Assembly: GCA_019751815.1 (NCBI GenBank)
Contig: JAIEMW010000004.1
Coordinates: 41,933 to 105,932 of the forward strand
DNA: 64,000 nucleotides
Direction: 5' to 3'
Source of the DNA: Cyanobacteriota bacterium
GTDB taxonomy: Bacteria > Cyanobacteriota > Vampirovibrionia > Vampirovibrionales > Vampirovibrionaceae
The translations under genes were made by a program, and so were the position numbers. Position 1 is the stretch's first letter. The number at the start of each line of letters is the position of its first letter. Under the pieces are notes generated by a model. It had not been told where the DNA came from. It worked only from the letters and a program-made list of their open reading frames with translations, and ran no database searches. Shown here in pieces: positions 48,334 to 58,546 of the stretch.

Positions 48334-50733
48334 ATGTCTTTTCCTCCTTCCAACACCTTAGAACTCTCCAGCGATATGATTAGGCGCTTGCAGCAGCTCA
48401 ACATTCGCGAAGGGGAATACCGCAAAATATGCAACCACCTGGGCAGGCAACCGAATGAGAATGAATTGGGAATGTTCAGTGTCTTGTGGAGTGAGCACTG
48501 TTGCTACAAACACACCAAGCATTTGCTAAAAACACTGCCAACACAAGGAAAGCGTGTTGTGCAAGGCCCGGGAGAAAATGCCGGCGTGGTTGATATTGGA
48601 GATAACATCCAAATTGCTTTTAAAATCGAGAGTCACAACCATCCAACGGCTGTAGAGCCCTTTCAAGGAGCTGCGACTGGCGTGGGAGGTATTCTCAGAG
48701 ATATCTTCACGATGAATGCTCGACCCATCGCCCTGCTCAATAGTTTACGCTTCGGCCCAGCAAGAAGAGAGCCTGGTGTTTCCATTACCCAGACTGAGAG
48801 AAACCAATATCTACTCAGTCAAGCGGTCTCTGGGATTGCCCATTACGGAAACTGTGTTGGGGTTCCCACCATTGGAGGGGAGTTGTTTTTAGATCCCTCC
48901 TACTCGGAAAACCCTCTGGTCAATGTGCTTGCAGCCGGTGTTGTTTATGACAACAACCTGATGCCCTCTGGAGCAAAAGGGATAGGAAATCCTGTACTCT
49001 ATGCAGGTTCTGCTACTGGGAAAGACGGCATGGGCGGGGCGGCTTTTGCCAGCAAGGAATTGGATGAAAACAGTAATGAAGACCGACCTGCGGTGCAGGT
49101 AGGCGACCCCTTTGCTGAAAAGCTCCTAATTGAGGCGTGCCTCGAAGCATTCCAAAGTGGCTGGATCGTCTCTGCGCAAGATATGGGAGCCGCTGGACTT
49201 ACTTGTGCCACGGCCGAGATGGCCAGTAAGGGCGATATGGGTATGACCTTGGATCTCGACAAAGTGCCTGCCAGAGAACCAGGGATGAAGGCCCATGAAT
49301 ATCTTCTCTCTGAATCGCAAGAGCGGATGCTGTTGGTAGTAGAAGCGGGCCATGAAGCGGACGTCATCGCTATTTTTGACCGCTGGGCTGTCCCCACCGC
49401 ACTGGTTGGTGAAGTCACCGACAACGGGCGGGTGGTGATCACCCACCATCAAGAGACCGTGGTAGACCTTCCCGCAAAACTGCTTACTGACCTTGCCCCC
49501 AGTTACGGCAGTACAGAAAGACCCTTAGAGCCTGAATTTGCCAAACAGCGCCGAGAAGCGTCTCCTGATGAAGGGATTCCTGATCTTCAGAGCGATGAAG
49601 ATATCACCCACTGGGCAAAGACGCTCCTTACTCAGCCCAATATCGCTCCTGCACAATCCATTTTCCAGCAGTATGACCGGCACGTACAAAACGGGACACT
49701 CCTTTCTTCAGAACACAATAGTGCTGGGGTTATTCGGGTCCGTCAGAAAAATCAGCATCACAGTGGAAAGGCCATTGCACTGTCTACAGATTGCAACCCC
49801 CGATTCGTCTTCTTAGAGCCCTTTAAAGGGACCTTGAGTGCGGTCAGTGAAGCCTACCGAAACCTGATTTCAGTGGGTGCAGAGCCCATTGCGGTTACCA
49901 ATAACCTGAATTTTGGGAATCCTGAGAAGCCAGACGTTGCTTATCAGCTTTATTTCTCGGTTCTGGGTCTGAAAGATGCATGCCAAGTATTTGACACCCC
50001 TGTAACCGGCGGTAATGTCAGCTTGTACAACGAGTATATCGACCGACAATCACCCGAATCTGAGCTAAAAGCCATTCTGCCCACGCCCGTTATTGGGATG
50101 CTAGGGTTATTAGAGGACGATACCCGAGTGATATCCCCTTGGTTTAAGCAGGTAGGAGACCGAGTTGCCCTTGTCGGCCGTTTTATGCCTTCCTTGGCTG
50201 GTTCCGAGTATCAGGTGCTGCGACGAGAAAACCGTATTCAAGGCTCCCCTCCAAGTGTTTCCTTGAATGATGAGCGACTCCTCGGACAATGGGTACTGGG
50301 GCTCATTCAGCAGAAAAGCGTCCACTCTGTGCAGGATTTGTCACTGGGGGGTTTACTGATCACCCTGATAGAATGCTCTCTGCTCAAAGGTAGTCATATA
50401 AATTCGCTCGCCCCTGCCAAGCTTGGGCTTACGTTGGACTCGACACCCTTTGAAACGTTGCTAAAGGCTACCGGAAGGCTGGACACCTGCTTGTTTGGGG
50501 AGACCAACGGGTGCTATTTAATTTCCTATGACCCGACGATGGAAGAAGCCCTCCAGACCAGTTGGGCACAGGAGATTACCAGTGACCCCTTACATAAAAC
50601 CCAGGCGGGCTTTTACCCCCTTGGCAGCTTAAATGATACCGGTGTGATTTCATGTAAATCCTCATCTGGGTCATGGCAGCTCGATATGGCCCATCTCAGT
50701 CCAAGTAAGGAAACCACCTCAACGAATGTCTGA
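48334..50733 (+). CDS. purL: Phosphoribosylformylglycinamidine synthase subunit PurL (small type)
   Basis: WSEHCCYK, GPGENAG, KIESHNHP, VQVGDPF, QDMGAAG, SESQERM, NFGNP, GGNVSLYN. Confidence 0.97.
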   Translation: MSFPPSNTLELSSDMIRRLQQLNIREGEYRKICNHLGRQPNENELGMFSVLWSEHCCYKHTKHLLKTLPTQGKRVVQGPGENAGVVDIGDNIQIAFKIESHNHPTAVEPFQGAATGVGGILRDIFTMNARPIALLNSLRFGPARREPGVSITQTERNQYLLSQAVSGIAHYGNCVGVPTIGGELFLDPSYSENPLVNVLAAGVVYDNNLMPSGAKGIGNPVLYAGSATGKDGMGGAAFASKELDENSNEDRPAVQVGDPFAEKLLIEACLEAFQSGWIVSAQDMGAAGLTCATAEMASKGDMGMTLDLDKVPAREPGMKAHEYLLSESQERMLLVVEAGHEADVIAIFDRWAVPTALVGEVTDNGRVVITHHQETVVDLPAKLLTDLAPSYGSTERPLEPEFAKQRREASPDEGIPDLQSDEDITHWAKTLLTQPNIAPAQSIFQQYDRHVQNGTLLSSEHNSAGVIRVRQKNQHHSGKAIALSTDCNPRFVFLEPFKGTLSAVSEAYRNLISVGAEPIAVTNNLNFGNPEKPDVAYQLYFSVLGLKDACQVFDTPVTGGNVSLYNEYIDRQSPESELKAILPTPVIGMLGLLEDDTRVISPWFKQVGDRVALVGRFMPSLAGSEYQVLRRENRIQGSPPSVSLNDERLLGQWVLGLIQQKSVHSVQDLSLGGLLITLIECSLLKGSHINSLAPAKLGLTLDSTPFETLLKATGRLDTCLFGETNGCYLISYDPTMEEALQTSWAQEITSDPLHKTQAGFYPLGSLNDTGVISCKSSSGSWQLDMAHLSPSKETTSTNV

Positions 50734-52258
50734 TGTTTTAAACAATCTGCCGCTAAAAACCGGCTTGAGAGAAGCCTGCGGGGTCTTTGGGATTCTGCTA
50801 CCTGAGCAAACCCGTGATAATACTGCCACACCGGGAACCAAACCCTTTGCTACTGCACCCTTTACCACGGCGATAGGTCACAATATCTATTACGGTCTCT
50901 ACGCGCTACAACACCGCGGCCAAGAGAGCTGTGGGATGGCCGTTTTTGATCACGATCAACTCCGTATTCATAAGGATATGGGACTGGTGAACCAGGTTTT
51001 TACTCAAGCCTTACTGGACAAAATGACTGGGCAGGTCGGTATTGGCCACACCCGCTATTCCACAACGGGGAGTAGCACACTGGAAAACGCACAACCTGTC
51101 GTGGTTCGCTCTTCTTACGGGGCCATTACTGTTGCTCACAATGGGAATTTAACCAATGCCCACGCACTGGCTACCTTCTTAAACAATGCGGGTTATCCCC
51201 CTCTGGGTGACAGTGACAGCCACCTGATGGCAGAACGTATTCGCTATGAACTGGATAAGCAACGACTGCTGCCCCATGCCACAGAACATTCTCGATTAAT
51301 CGAAGCGGTCAGACTGGCCTTATCCGAGTGCCAAGGTGCTTTTTCGGTGGTGATCGCCACAGGAGACACCTTGATTGCCGCTAGAGATCCCAATGGGTTT
51401 CGTCCCTTCTGCCGGGGTGTGATGCCAGGAGGGGTTGCCATTCTTGCTTCAGAAACCTGTGCATTGGATATTGTTGGCGCTGAATTCGTCTGTGACATTC
51501 AACCAGGTGAATTATGGTGGATCAACCGCAGCGGAGAAAGTGGTTCTGAACGGATTTCACCTGACGCTGCAGCCAATGGCTGTGTATTTGAATTGGTTTA
51601 TTTCGCCCGACCTGACAGTCGTTTTCAGCATAATGAAACAGAATCACGCAGTATTTATACCTACAGATTGGCCATGGGAAAACGCCTGGCTGAAATAAGT
51701 CCCCCTGTTGAAGCTGATTTTGTCATCCCCGTACCGGATTCTGGTAATGTGGCAGCGGTTGGATACAGTCAAGCATCTGGTATCCCCTATATGGAAGGGC
51801 TGATTAAAAACCGTTATGTGGGTCGAACGTTTATTCACCCAACGCAAGAGCTTCGACAAAGAGGGATTCAGCTAAAGTTAAACCCTCTCACGGATGTTCT
51901 CAAGGGGAAACGCGTGGTTGTGGTGGATGATTCCATTGTTCGAGGGAATACCAGTCAAAAAATTGTTCAAATGCTTAGAGCATCAGGCGTCACTGAGGTT
52001 CATCTACGGATTTCCTCCCCACCAGTCAAACATCCCTGCTTTTACGGCATAGATATGTCTCACCCCTCAGAGCTATTGGCCAATCAGATGACACTGCCCG
52101 AGATTCAGGCTTGGCTAGGCGTAGAAAGCTTGACTTATCTTGGGGTAGAGGACTTACGGGCAATTGCCAATATTGAAGCTCCCTGCATGGCCTGCTTTAA
52201 CAACCATTACCCTGCCGGAAAGATAGAAGAACCAGACTTTCAAACACTCGGTCTCTGA
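50726..52258 (+). CDS. purF: Amidophosphoribosyltransferase
   Basis: REA|CGVFG, LQHRGQES, GHTRYST, HNGNL, VPDSG, VVDDSIVRG, CFYGID. Confidence 0.97.
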   Translation: MSDVLNNLPLKTGLREACGVFGILLPEQTRDNTATPGTKPFATAPFTTAIGHNIYYGLYALQHRGQESCGMAVFDHDQLRIHKDMGLVNQVFTQALLDKMTGQVGIGHTRYSTTGSSTLENAQPVVVRSSYGAITVAHNGNLTNAHALATFLNNAGYPPLGDSDSHLMAERIRYELDKQRLLPHATEHSRLIEAVRLALSECQGAFSVVIATGDTLIAARDPNGFRPFCRGVMPGGVAILASETCALDIVGAEFVCDIQPGELWWINRSGESGSERISPDAAANGCVFELVYFARPDSRFQHNETESRSIYTYRLAMGKRLAEISPPVEADFVIPVPDSGNVAAVGYSQASGIPYMEGLIKNRYVGRTFIHPTQELRQRGIQLKLNPLTDVLKGKRVVVVDDSIVRGNTSQKIVQMLRASGVTEVHLRISSPPVKHPCFYGIDMSHPSELLANQMTLPEIQAWLGVESLTYLGVEDLRAIANIEAPCMACFNNHYPAGKIEEPDFQTLGL

Positions 52259-52381
52259 TCCGGTACTGCACCGGAGAATTCATTTGGCTCGCCATTATCT
52301 CTCTTGCTCTCTTTTTGCTACAATAACCCCGTTCAATGATATCTTTTTTGTGTGTGATTAAATTTGAGTGAGCCTTTTTGA

Positions 52382-52882
52382 ATGAGCATAATAAGCCCAT
52401 TATCTGCGAACCGCCTTGACTTGGGACCGTCCCCTTTATCCAAACGCCATCTGCCTGAGTTTACGGGTAGTTTTCTCAACATCCCGATTAAAACCGATAC
52501 GGATACCGTTTTTTCTCATCAGGCCAAGGCAGAAGCTTATGCCCGCCAAGAGGCCACACACCCACCTAATGAATGGGAACCACCGAAGACACCAGCGTTT
52601 ATGAGCATTCCTGATAATGCCAACGGTACTACACTAGAAGTACTGAAAAGACTCCTTCAGCATATTAAGGACCGTTTTCCTGGCGCCACTGGCAATATTC
52701 GTACCTATCAATCCAGAGACGGCAAACCCATGGCCCGCATGGATACCTCACACCGGCTAGAAGAGAGCCCTGAAGGAATTATTGATATGCAATACATCGA
52801 CCGGGGACTAGCAGGTGCCCTTACCAACCATGGGATTCCCTTTCGATATTTAGGGAACTATCTCGAAGATTCTGGATCATGA
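52382..52882 (+). CDS. Hypothetical protein with S/P-rich leader ending PEFTG
   Basis: 166-aa ORF filling the gap after purF; no family recognised. Confidence 0.6.
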   Translation: MSIISPLSANRLDLGPSPLSKRHLPEFTGSFLNIPIKTDTDTVFSHQAKAEAYARQEATHPPNEWEPPKTPAFMSIPDNANGTTLEVLKRLLQHIKDRFPGATGNIRTYQSRDGKPMARMDTSHRLEESPEGIIDMQYIDRGLAGALTNHGIPFRYLGNYLEDSGS

Positions 52883-52894
52883 CCGGAGCATGAT

Positions 52895-53350
52895 ATGATT
52901 GCAGGCATTCAAGATTCTATGATCTGGTGGGCGAATGGCTATCACCGGCCGGCGCAAGACCAACGAACCATGTCAGGGCGGGAACGCAGCAGCATTAAGT
53001 TGGCCCCTACGGGTGGCTGTGTTGGTTCTCATTCTTTGAGAGTGGTCCATTTCGGTTCACTCTCCCCATCGAGTAATCCCAGTGACAGAGAGAGCGAGCA
53101 AACCACTGTGCTAAACCCCAGCCCCTTTAGTAACTCAGAACCTGAACCGCCACCAGACTCCCTCGAAAACCCGAAAAACGCCCTGCTCGGGCTGATCGAT
53201 TTTCTCCATGCCCAAGCGGTTGAGCAAGGCAAAGCCTGCTATACCGACCCGCTCAGTGGCTATCAGGTGATGACCCGTGATTCTTTGGCAAAGCGCGGGT
53301 ATTGCTGCAAATCGGGATGTCGTCACTGCCCCTGGGGCTTTACCCGATAA
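52895..53350 (+). CDS. DUF5522-like Cys-rich C-terminal domain protein
   Basis: YTDPLSGYQVMT...KRGYCCKSGCRHCPW; start uncertain. Confidence 0.75.
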   Translation: MIAGIQDSMIWWANGYHRPAQDQRTMSGRERSSIKLAPTGGCVGSHSLRVVHFGSLSPSSNPSDRESEQTTVLNPSPFSNSEPEPPPDSLENPKNALLGLIDFLHAQAVEQGKACYTDPLSGYQVMTRDSLAKRGYCCKSGCRHCPWGFTR

Positions 53351-53352
53351 TA

Positions 53353-53979
53353 TTATTTCGATTCATTCTCAGCGGGTTGAGGGCTGGGAGTAAGTGCTGG
53401 CTCTGTCTTTACTGATGTCGCGGGTGCTGCCAGGGGATCAATCACCCCATACGTGCCCACGCCACCGAATTTAATGTTATCCAGCTTCTCGCTTAATGTT
53501 TTCACCAGACGAAGCGCCGTGGTTTGGACATTGTTAGAACTAGGTATCTGGTAAGAGACAAGGGGGTTGCGACGAGGCGATTTCACATGCACCATCAGCT
53601 TGGTACAGCGTCGGATGCCGGCACAATCAATATGAACCTGCACATCGGCATCATCAAATTTTCTAACCAACTCCATCTTGCCTGATTCGGCCATATATTT
53701 GTCCAAGTATTGATAAAAGAGGGTCTGCTTTTCGGGGACTATCGGGAAACCAAAAATCACATTGGGTGGGTAGTCTTTACTGAAAAAGAAGATATGCGTT
53801 TTTTTCAACGGGGCCGCTGGTGTGTCTTCTGCCAGCGTCTGTGCAACGGGTGCCAGTAAAGCAACGAGACAGGAGAGAAGCGTCAAAAGACGCAGCCCGT
53901 GAAACGTCGCAAACCGGGAAGTCGGCAGAGCGGAGGTAAGCTGTTTCATGGCAGGCTGTTTCATGGCAATCTCTCTCAT
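53353..53979 (-). CDS. Exported hypothetical protein
   Basis: Hydrophobic signal ...LLAPVAQTLA|ED; one Cys pair. Confidence 0.7.
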   Translation of the reverse strand: MREIAMKQPAMKQLTSALPTSRFATFHGLRLLTLLSCLVALLAPVAQTLAEDTPAAPLKKTHIFFFSKDYPPNVIFGFPIVPEKQTLFYQYLDKYMAESGKMELVRKFDDADVQVHIDCAGIRRCTKLMVHVKSPRRNPLVSYQIPSSNNVQTTALRLVKTLSEKLDNIKFGGVGTYGVIDPLAAPATSVKTEPALTPSPQPAENESK

Positions 53980-54039
53980 TTCCTAAGCGAACTATTGCTC
54001 CATTATAAAACAGGCTGAGCCTTTTAGCGTGTGAAGGAT

Positions 54040-54969
54040 TTAATTAAGCAAGTTTTTAGTCACGTTTTTGGATGCAAAACATTGTTCTAACAGCCCGGCA
54101 ATCTTCGTTTCCAGTCCAACGGGCATAAAGTGAAAGCCCGCACTATAAGGCGCCAGCGCAGCCACCAACTCCTGGCAAAAGGCAAAACTTTCTTGCAGGG
54201 GATCAGTCGCACCCTCAAGTCGCGCAATCACCGACTCAGGCACATCAATCCCTGCAATACTCTGATTCATCATTCGCGCCATTTCTGGATTTTTGAGCGG
54301 GATAATACCAATCAACACAGGGGGCACAGCACAGCCTAGTCTGTCACAGACAGTCTCTAGCTGTTCATTCATCGCCAGAACCGTATTAACATCATACACC
54401 GGTTGGGTCTGGAAAAACTGTACGCCACGTTCCAGCTTTTGAGCCAGCCGCAATTGCTGGGCATGCTTGTTTAAACGCAGTGGATTCAGGGCTGCCCCCA
54501 CTGTAAATTGAGTACCACTCTTCTTGAGCGCCTTTCCTGTGGCATCGTCGCCTCGGTTTAACGCCTGAATCAATTCTAGTAGCCGAATAGATTCCAAATG
54601 GAACACCTGCTGGGCCAAATCTTTGTGATCCCCAACCTGAACCGGGTCTCCAGTCAGCGCCAGCACGTTTCGCAAACCAAGCGCATAGGCACCCATCAAA
54701 TCAGCTTGCAGTGCCAACAAATTGCGGTCTCTGCACGTTAATTGCCACACTGTGTCCACGCCGGTCTCATCTTGAATCAGCTTTGCCGCTGCCAAAGAAC
54801 TCATCTTGAGAATGGACCGCTGACAGTCGGGCACATTAATGGCATCGACCCAAGGTTTTAAATCCAACACCCGCTGAAGCATGAATCCCATATCCGTCCC
54901 CTTTGGGGGTGAGAGTTCCACGGTGACCACGGGTCGTGTGTGGTGGTTTAGGATGCCTGCAAACGTCAT
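54040..54969 (-). CDS. metF: Methylenetetrahydrofolate reductase
   Basis: ELSPPKG, DAINVPD, QLTCRDRN, ALTGDP, FFQTQP; ATG 54969. Confidence 0.93.
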   Translation of the reverse strand: MTFAGILNHHTRPVVTVELSPPKGTDMGFMLQRVLDLKPWVDAINVPDCQRSILKMSSLAAAKLIQDETGVDTVWQLTCRDRNLLALQADLMGAYALGLRNVLALTGDPVQVGDHKDLAQQVFHLESIRLLELIQALNRGDDATGKALKKSGTQFTVGAALNPLRLNKHAQQLRLAQKLERGVQFFQTQPVYDVNTVLAMNEQLETVCDRLGCAVPPVLIGIIPLKNPEMARMMNQSIAGIDVPESVIARLEGATDPLQESFAFCQELVAALAPYSAGFHFMPVGLETKIAGLLEQCFASKNVTKNLLN

Positions 54970-54979
54970 TGCCGAATTA

Positions 54980-56458
54980 CTACTGTGCCACTGTCTGTGC
55001 AAGTGCTGGTGGCAGTAAGTGGTGGTAACCCGTCACTTGTTCAATCGCCCGAGCGACCTGAAAAATTTTGTTTTCAGAAAGACGAGGGCCTAAAATTTGC
55101 AGTCCCATAGGCAACCCGGATTTATCGAATCCAGAAGGAATACTAATAGCAGGGATTCCGGCTAAATTTACAGGGATTGTGGCGATATCAGAGAGGTACA
55201 TGCTGAGCGGGTCAGATGCTTTTTCCCCAATCTTGAACGCCGTAGTCGGCGACGTGGGACAAATTAACAAGTCGACTTGACCGTAGGCTTCTTGAAACTG
55301 CTTACGCAGCAATGCTCGTGCACGTTGGGCCTTACCGTAATAAGCATCGTAGTAACCAGAGCTGAGACAGAAGGTCCCAAGCATAATTCTTCGGGTCACT
55401 TCAGGGCCAAAGCCTTCTGCTCTGGTTTTACGGTACATGGCATGGACATCTCCGGTTGTTTTTTTACGTTGACCGTAACGAACACCATCAAAACGGGCGA
55501 GATTAGAGCTTGCTTCTGCCGTTGCAACAATATAATAGGCAGCTATGGCAGGCTGAATCCCTGACATCGAAATTGTCTGGATACTGGCACCCAATTGTTT
55601 TTGGCACAACTCGATCATTTGGGCAAAATTTTCAGCCACTTCGGGCTGCATCCCTTCACCATTTAGCTCTTGAATCACCCCAATACGAAGGTTACTGGGC
55701 AACTGTTCAAGAGTGGTCAAGTAATCAGGGGTCTCTGTTTTGAGTGTGGTTGAATCCAACGGGTCAAACCCAGCGATTAGTTGAAGTAACGCCGCCGCAT
55801 CTGCCACATCACCGGCAAATGGGCTGATCTGATCCAAACTGCTGCCAAAGGCCACCAGCCCGTAGCGAGAAACCAGTCCGTATGTTGGCTTCATCCCAAC
55901 CAGTCCGCACAGTGAGGCAGGTTGGCGAACACTTCCGCCTGTGTCAGAACCAAGAGATAAAGGCACCATTGCCCCAGCGACAGCCGCAGCTGACCCCCCT
56001 GAGCTCCCACCTGGGACACAATGATGATTCCAAGGGTTTCGTGTCACCTTCAAGGCACTATTTTCTGTGGAACTCCCCATCGCAAACTCATCCAAATTCG
56101 TCTTACCGACGATGGGCAGTCCAGCCGTCTTAATTTTTTCAATGACTGTGGCATTATACGGAGAGATATACCCGGTTAAAATATTGCTGGCACAGGTAGT
56201 TGGCATGCCAGTGACGTTAATATTATCTTTAATCGCGATTGGCACACCTGCTAGTAGAGGCAATGTTTCTCCTGCAGAAACTTTGGCATCAACAGCAGCG
56301 GCTTCTGCCAAAGCTGTTTCGCCATGTACGGACAAGAAAGCGCCAATATCTAAATCTTGCTGAGCAATTGCCTGAAGTGATTGCTTCAGCACACTGACTG
56401 CGGTTATTTTACCTTCTTGTATCTGACGGTGAATTTCTAGCGCGCCCTGAAATGCCAC
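54980..56458 (-). CDS. gatA: Glu-tRNA(Gln) amidotransferase subunit A
   Basis: KDN, GKTNLDEFAMGSSTE, GGSSGGS, GSDTGGSVRQPA, SSNLARFDGVRYG, SSGYYDAYY. Confidence 0.98.
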   Translation of the reverse strand: MAFQGALEIHRQIQEGKITAVSVLKQSLQAIAQQDLDIGAFLSVHGETALAEAAAVDAKVSAGETLPLLAGVPIAIKDNINVTGMPTTCASNILTGYISPYNATVIEKIKTAGLPIVGKTNLDEFAMGSSTENSALKVTRNPWNHHCVPGGSSGGSAAAVAGAMVPLSLGSDTGGSVRQPASLCGLVGMKPTYGLVSRYGLVAFGSSLDQISPFAGDVADAAALLQLIAGFDPLDSTTLKTETPDYLTTLEQLPSNLRIGVIQELNGEGMQPEVAENFAQMIELCQKQLGASIQTISMSGIQPAIAAYYIVATAEASSNLARFDGVRYGQRKKTTGDVHAMYRKTRAEGFGPEVTRRIMLGTFCLSSGYYDAYYGKAQRARALLRKQFQEAYGQVDLLICPTSPTTAFKIGEKASDPLSMYLSDIATIPVNLAGIPAISIPSGFDKSGLPMGLQILGPRLSENKIFQVARAIEQVTGYHHLLPPALAQTVAQ

Positions 56459-56556
56459 AATGTTTGTCCTTCATCACGAGTATTATCTGAGTATTGTACC
56501 GTAAGCCAACAACGCTCCAGCACATGTGTTGATACATGGTGAGAGTATATCCAAAA

Positions 56557-56574
56557 TATATAACGTATTGTAAC
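56557..56574 (-). promoter_or_regulatory. HLR1-like (OmpR/RpaB-type) direct repeat
   Basis: Minus strand reads GTTACAAT-AC-GTTATATA, one mismatch to HLR1 consensus; lies in a divergent intergenic region. Confidence 0.4.
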
Positions 56575-56684
56575 AATTATGACGAGAGTCGTGCAAAACC
56601 GTCAATTTTTCCCGGTTTGCTGTTTTTTTATTATTAGAGGCACGTATATTTTCTCAGCACGGACTGAAGGGGTTTAGTAAAAAA

Positions 56685-56927
56685 ATGTCATCTCCCGCAG
56701 TAATTTGGCAACTTTCAAAGGATTATTTCAAGCGAAATAACCCGATTGAAACGCTCGCCAAAACCATGTTTGAGACAGCGTACAACCTCATTACCTTCAA
56801 CAGCAAAATGAAATTGCTGAAATACAAATTCATGCTGGCCCAACAACAGCTCAACAACATGGAGCAGTTTGTGGGTCAAAACCCGTATCAGGTCTCTAAA
56901 GGTTCGCGCTTCGACCGCGCTTACTAG
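56685..56927 (+). CDS. Small hypothetical protein ending GSRFDRAY
   Basis: 80-aa ORF with GAAGG RBS-like site; upstream motif shared with the genes at 2482 and 25172. Confidence 0.65.
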   Translation: MSSPAVIWQLSKDYFKRNNPIETLAKTMFETAYNLITFNSKMKLLKYKFMLAQQQLNNMEQFVGQNPYQVSKGSRFDRAY

Positions 56928-57022
56928 ACAGAAAACCTGGTTTTTATTCCGTAAAACACAGTCAAAAACTCATTACTAGGGGAAGTCACAAACACAGAAA
57001 CCAAAGGGTGGATAGTTAGACC

Positions 57023-57358
57023 ATGGGGTTCGCAGCCAATCAGGCCAGATTATTGGCACTGGTCGCCAGAAACAGCGATCTTCAGTTGGAGATGCAATTC
57101 ATTAACCAGAGACGCATGGCCCTAGGGAACATGATCTCGGGCGTGATGGACTTGCAGTCCAATTTGGCTCCCGATTCGCAAGCCAGTAAGGTGTTGGATG
57201 CCAAAATCCGACAGCTTCAGCAGGCGGATAAACTGCTTGAGATGCACCTAAACACAGCGACATCGCAACAAAAAGCAGTGGATACCCAAATTGACGGTGT
57301 CAAACAGCTGATAGATAAAAACATTCAAAGAAGCTTTAGTTTCGGGGGCGGTCGTTAA
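57023..57358 (+). CDS. Small coiled-coil/helical-hairpin protein (QARLL...DKxL...KNI)
   Basis: 111-aa ORF with two long amphipathic helices; C-terminal half aligns without gaps to 2482..2796. Confidence 0.82.
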   Translation: MGFAANQARLLALVARNSDLQLEMQFINQRRMALGNMISGVMDLQSNLAPDSQASKVLDAKIRQLQQADKLLEMHLNTATSQQKAVDTQIDGVKQLIDKNIQRSFSFGGGR

Positions 57359-57467
57359 ACCCGGCACAGCCTAAAGTAAACCAAAGCCACTTTGCGTAAA
57401 ACCTACCCAAGCCTGAAGATAAGAAGGCTTGGTAATTGGCGTTTCTTCTCACTATAATCTGTTGTTA

Positions 57468-58448
57468 ATGAGTCACCCCTTTTTTAAAACCAAAATCCCT
57501 GCCAGTAACGAGCGAGCGCGACTAAAAGCCGCCCTCATGGCAATTTCTGGATGGTCTTGGACGGTTCTGACAGAGCAATACTGTGAATACCGACTAGACG
57601 GAGCGCCTCACTCTTCAGAAAATACGGGCTGGATTCGAGTCAAACAGTATCAAAACGGGACGTTTACTCTCGAAAGTGCAAACGCTTCCTCTTACAGCAG
57701 TGTTTTGGCCCTCCTGGGATTTGAGACGACAGTGACTGCAGTCATCGAAAAAACAGACACATCTGCCAGCCCCATCACACCTAGCCCCATTCCCGAAAAT
57801 ACCAGTTATATGGGCAGTGATGAATCCGGCAAGGGTGATTATTTCGGCCCGCTGGTGATTGCAGGAGTCGCCGTCACGCCAGAGACAGAAAAATTGTTAG
57901 AGTCGATGGGTGTGATGGACAGTAAAAAGCTAAAAGACAAACAGATTGGGATATTGGCTGCACAAATTCGAACACAGTTGGGCTCTACAGCCATCAGCAT
58001 TGTGGAAGTCAGTCCAAAACGCTACAATGAGCTTTATCAAACCTTTAAAAGTAAGGGACAGAACCTCAATCATCTCTTAGCATGGGGACACGCCACGGTG
58101 ATCGAGAATCTCCTCGAACAAGGAAATCCTTGCACTTGGGCTGTGGCCGATCAATTCGGCAGTGAGCACTATATCAAGCAACAGCTTAAGCCCAAGGGTA
58201 AAACCATTCATCTCCACCAACAGCACCGTGCGGAAGCAATTACAGCTGTTGCCGCTGCCAGTATCTTGGCCAGAGATCGCTTTGTCCAAAAACTCCAAAA
58301 ACTGTCGGCCGAAGCCGGCAGTCCGCTTCCTCCAGGAGCCAGTGCGGCCGTTAAGGCAGCCGCCCGGCAATTGGTTCTAAGCAAGGGCGCTGCCTATTTA
58401 GGGCAAGTGGCAAAACTGCACTTTAAGACCACGCTCGAAGTCACCTGA
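57468..58448 (+). CDS. rnhC: Ribonuclease HIII
   Basis: N-terminal TBP-like segment, GSDESGKGDYFGPLV, DSKKL, DQF, VAAASILAR, AKLHFKT; ATG 57468. Confidence 0.94.
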   Translation: MSHPFFKTKIPASNERARLKAALMAISGWSWTVLTEQYCEYRLDGAPHSSENTGWIRVKQYQNGTFTLESANASSYSSVLALLGFETTVTAVIEKTDTSASPITPSPIPENTSYMGSDESGKGDYFGPLVIAGVAVTPETEKLLESMGVMDSKKLKDKQIGILAAQIRTQLGSTAISIVEVSPKRYNELYQTFKSKGQNLNHLLAWGHATVIENLLEQGNPCTWAVADQFGSEHYIKQQLKPKGKTIHLHQQHRAEAITAVAAASILARDRFVQKLQKLSAEAGSPLPPGASAAVKAAARQLVLSKGAAYLGQVAKLHFKTTLEVT

Positions 58449-58546
58449 AGCGAAGTCACCTGAGGGATAGAAACTGAAACAATTGCAAATTTCATATTTG
58501 TATCGTAAAACTCATGGCAGGCAATAATGTCGACTTGTTTGATATT

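Noticed and set aside
50726..50790. PurF N-terminal propeptide as a member of the FxG leader class
   Set aside because: Known autoprocessed Ntn-amidotransferase propeptide before Cys1.
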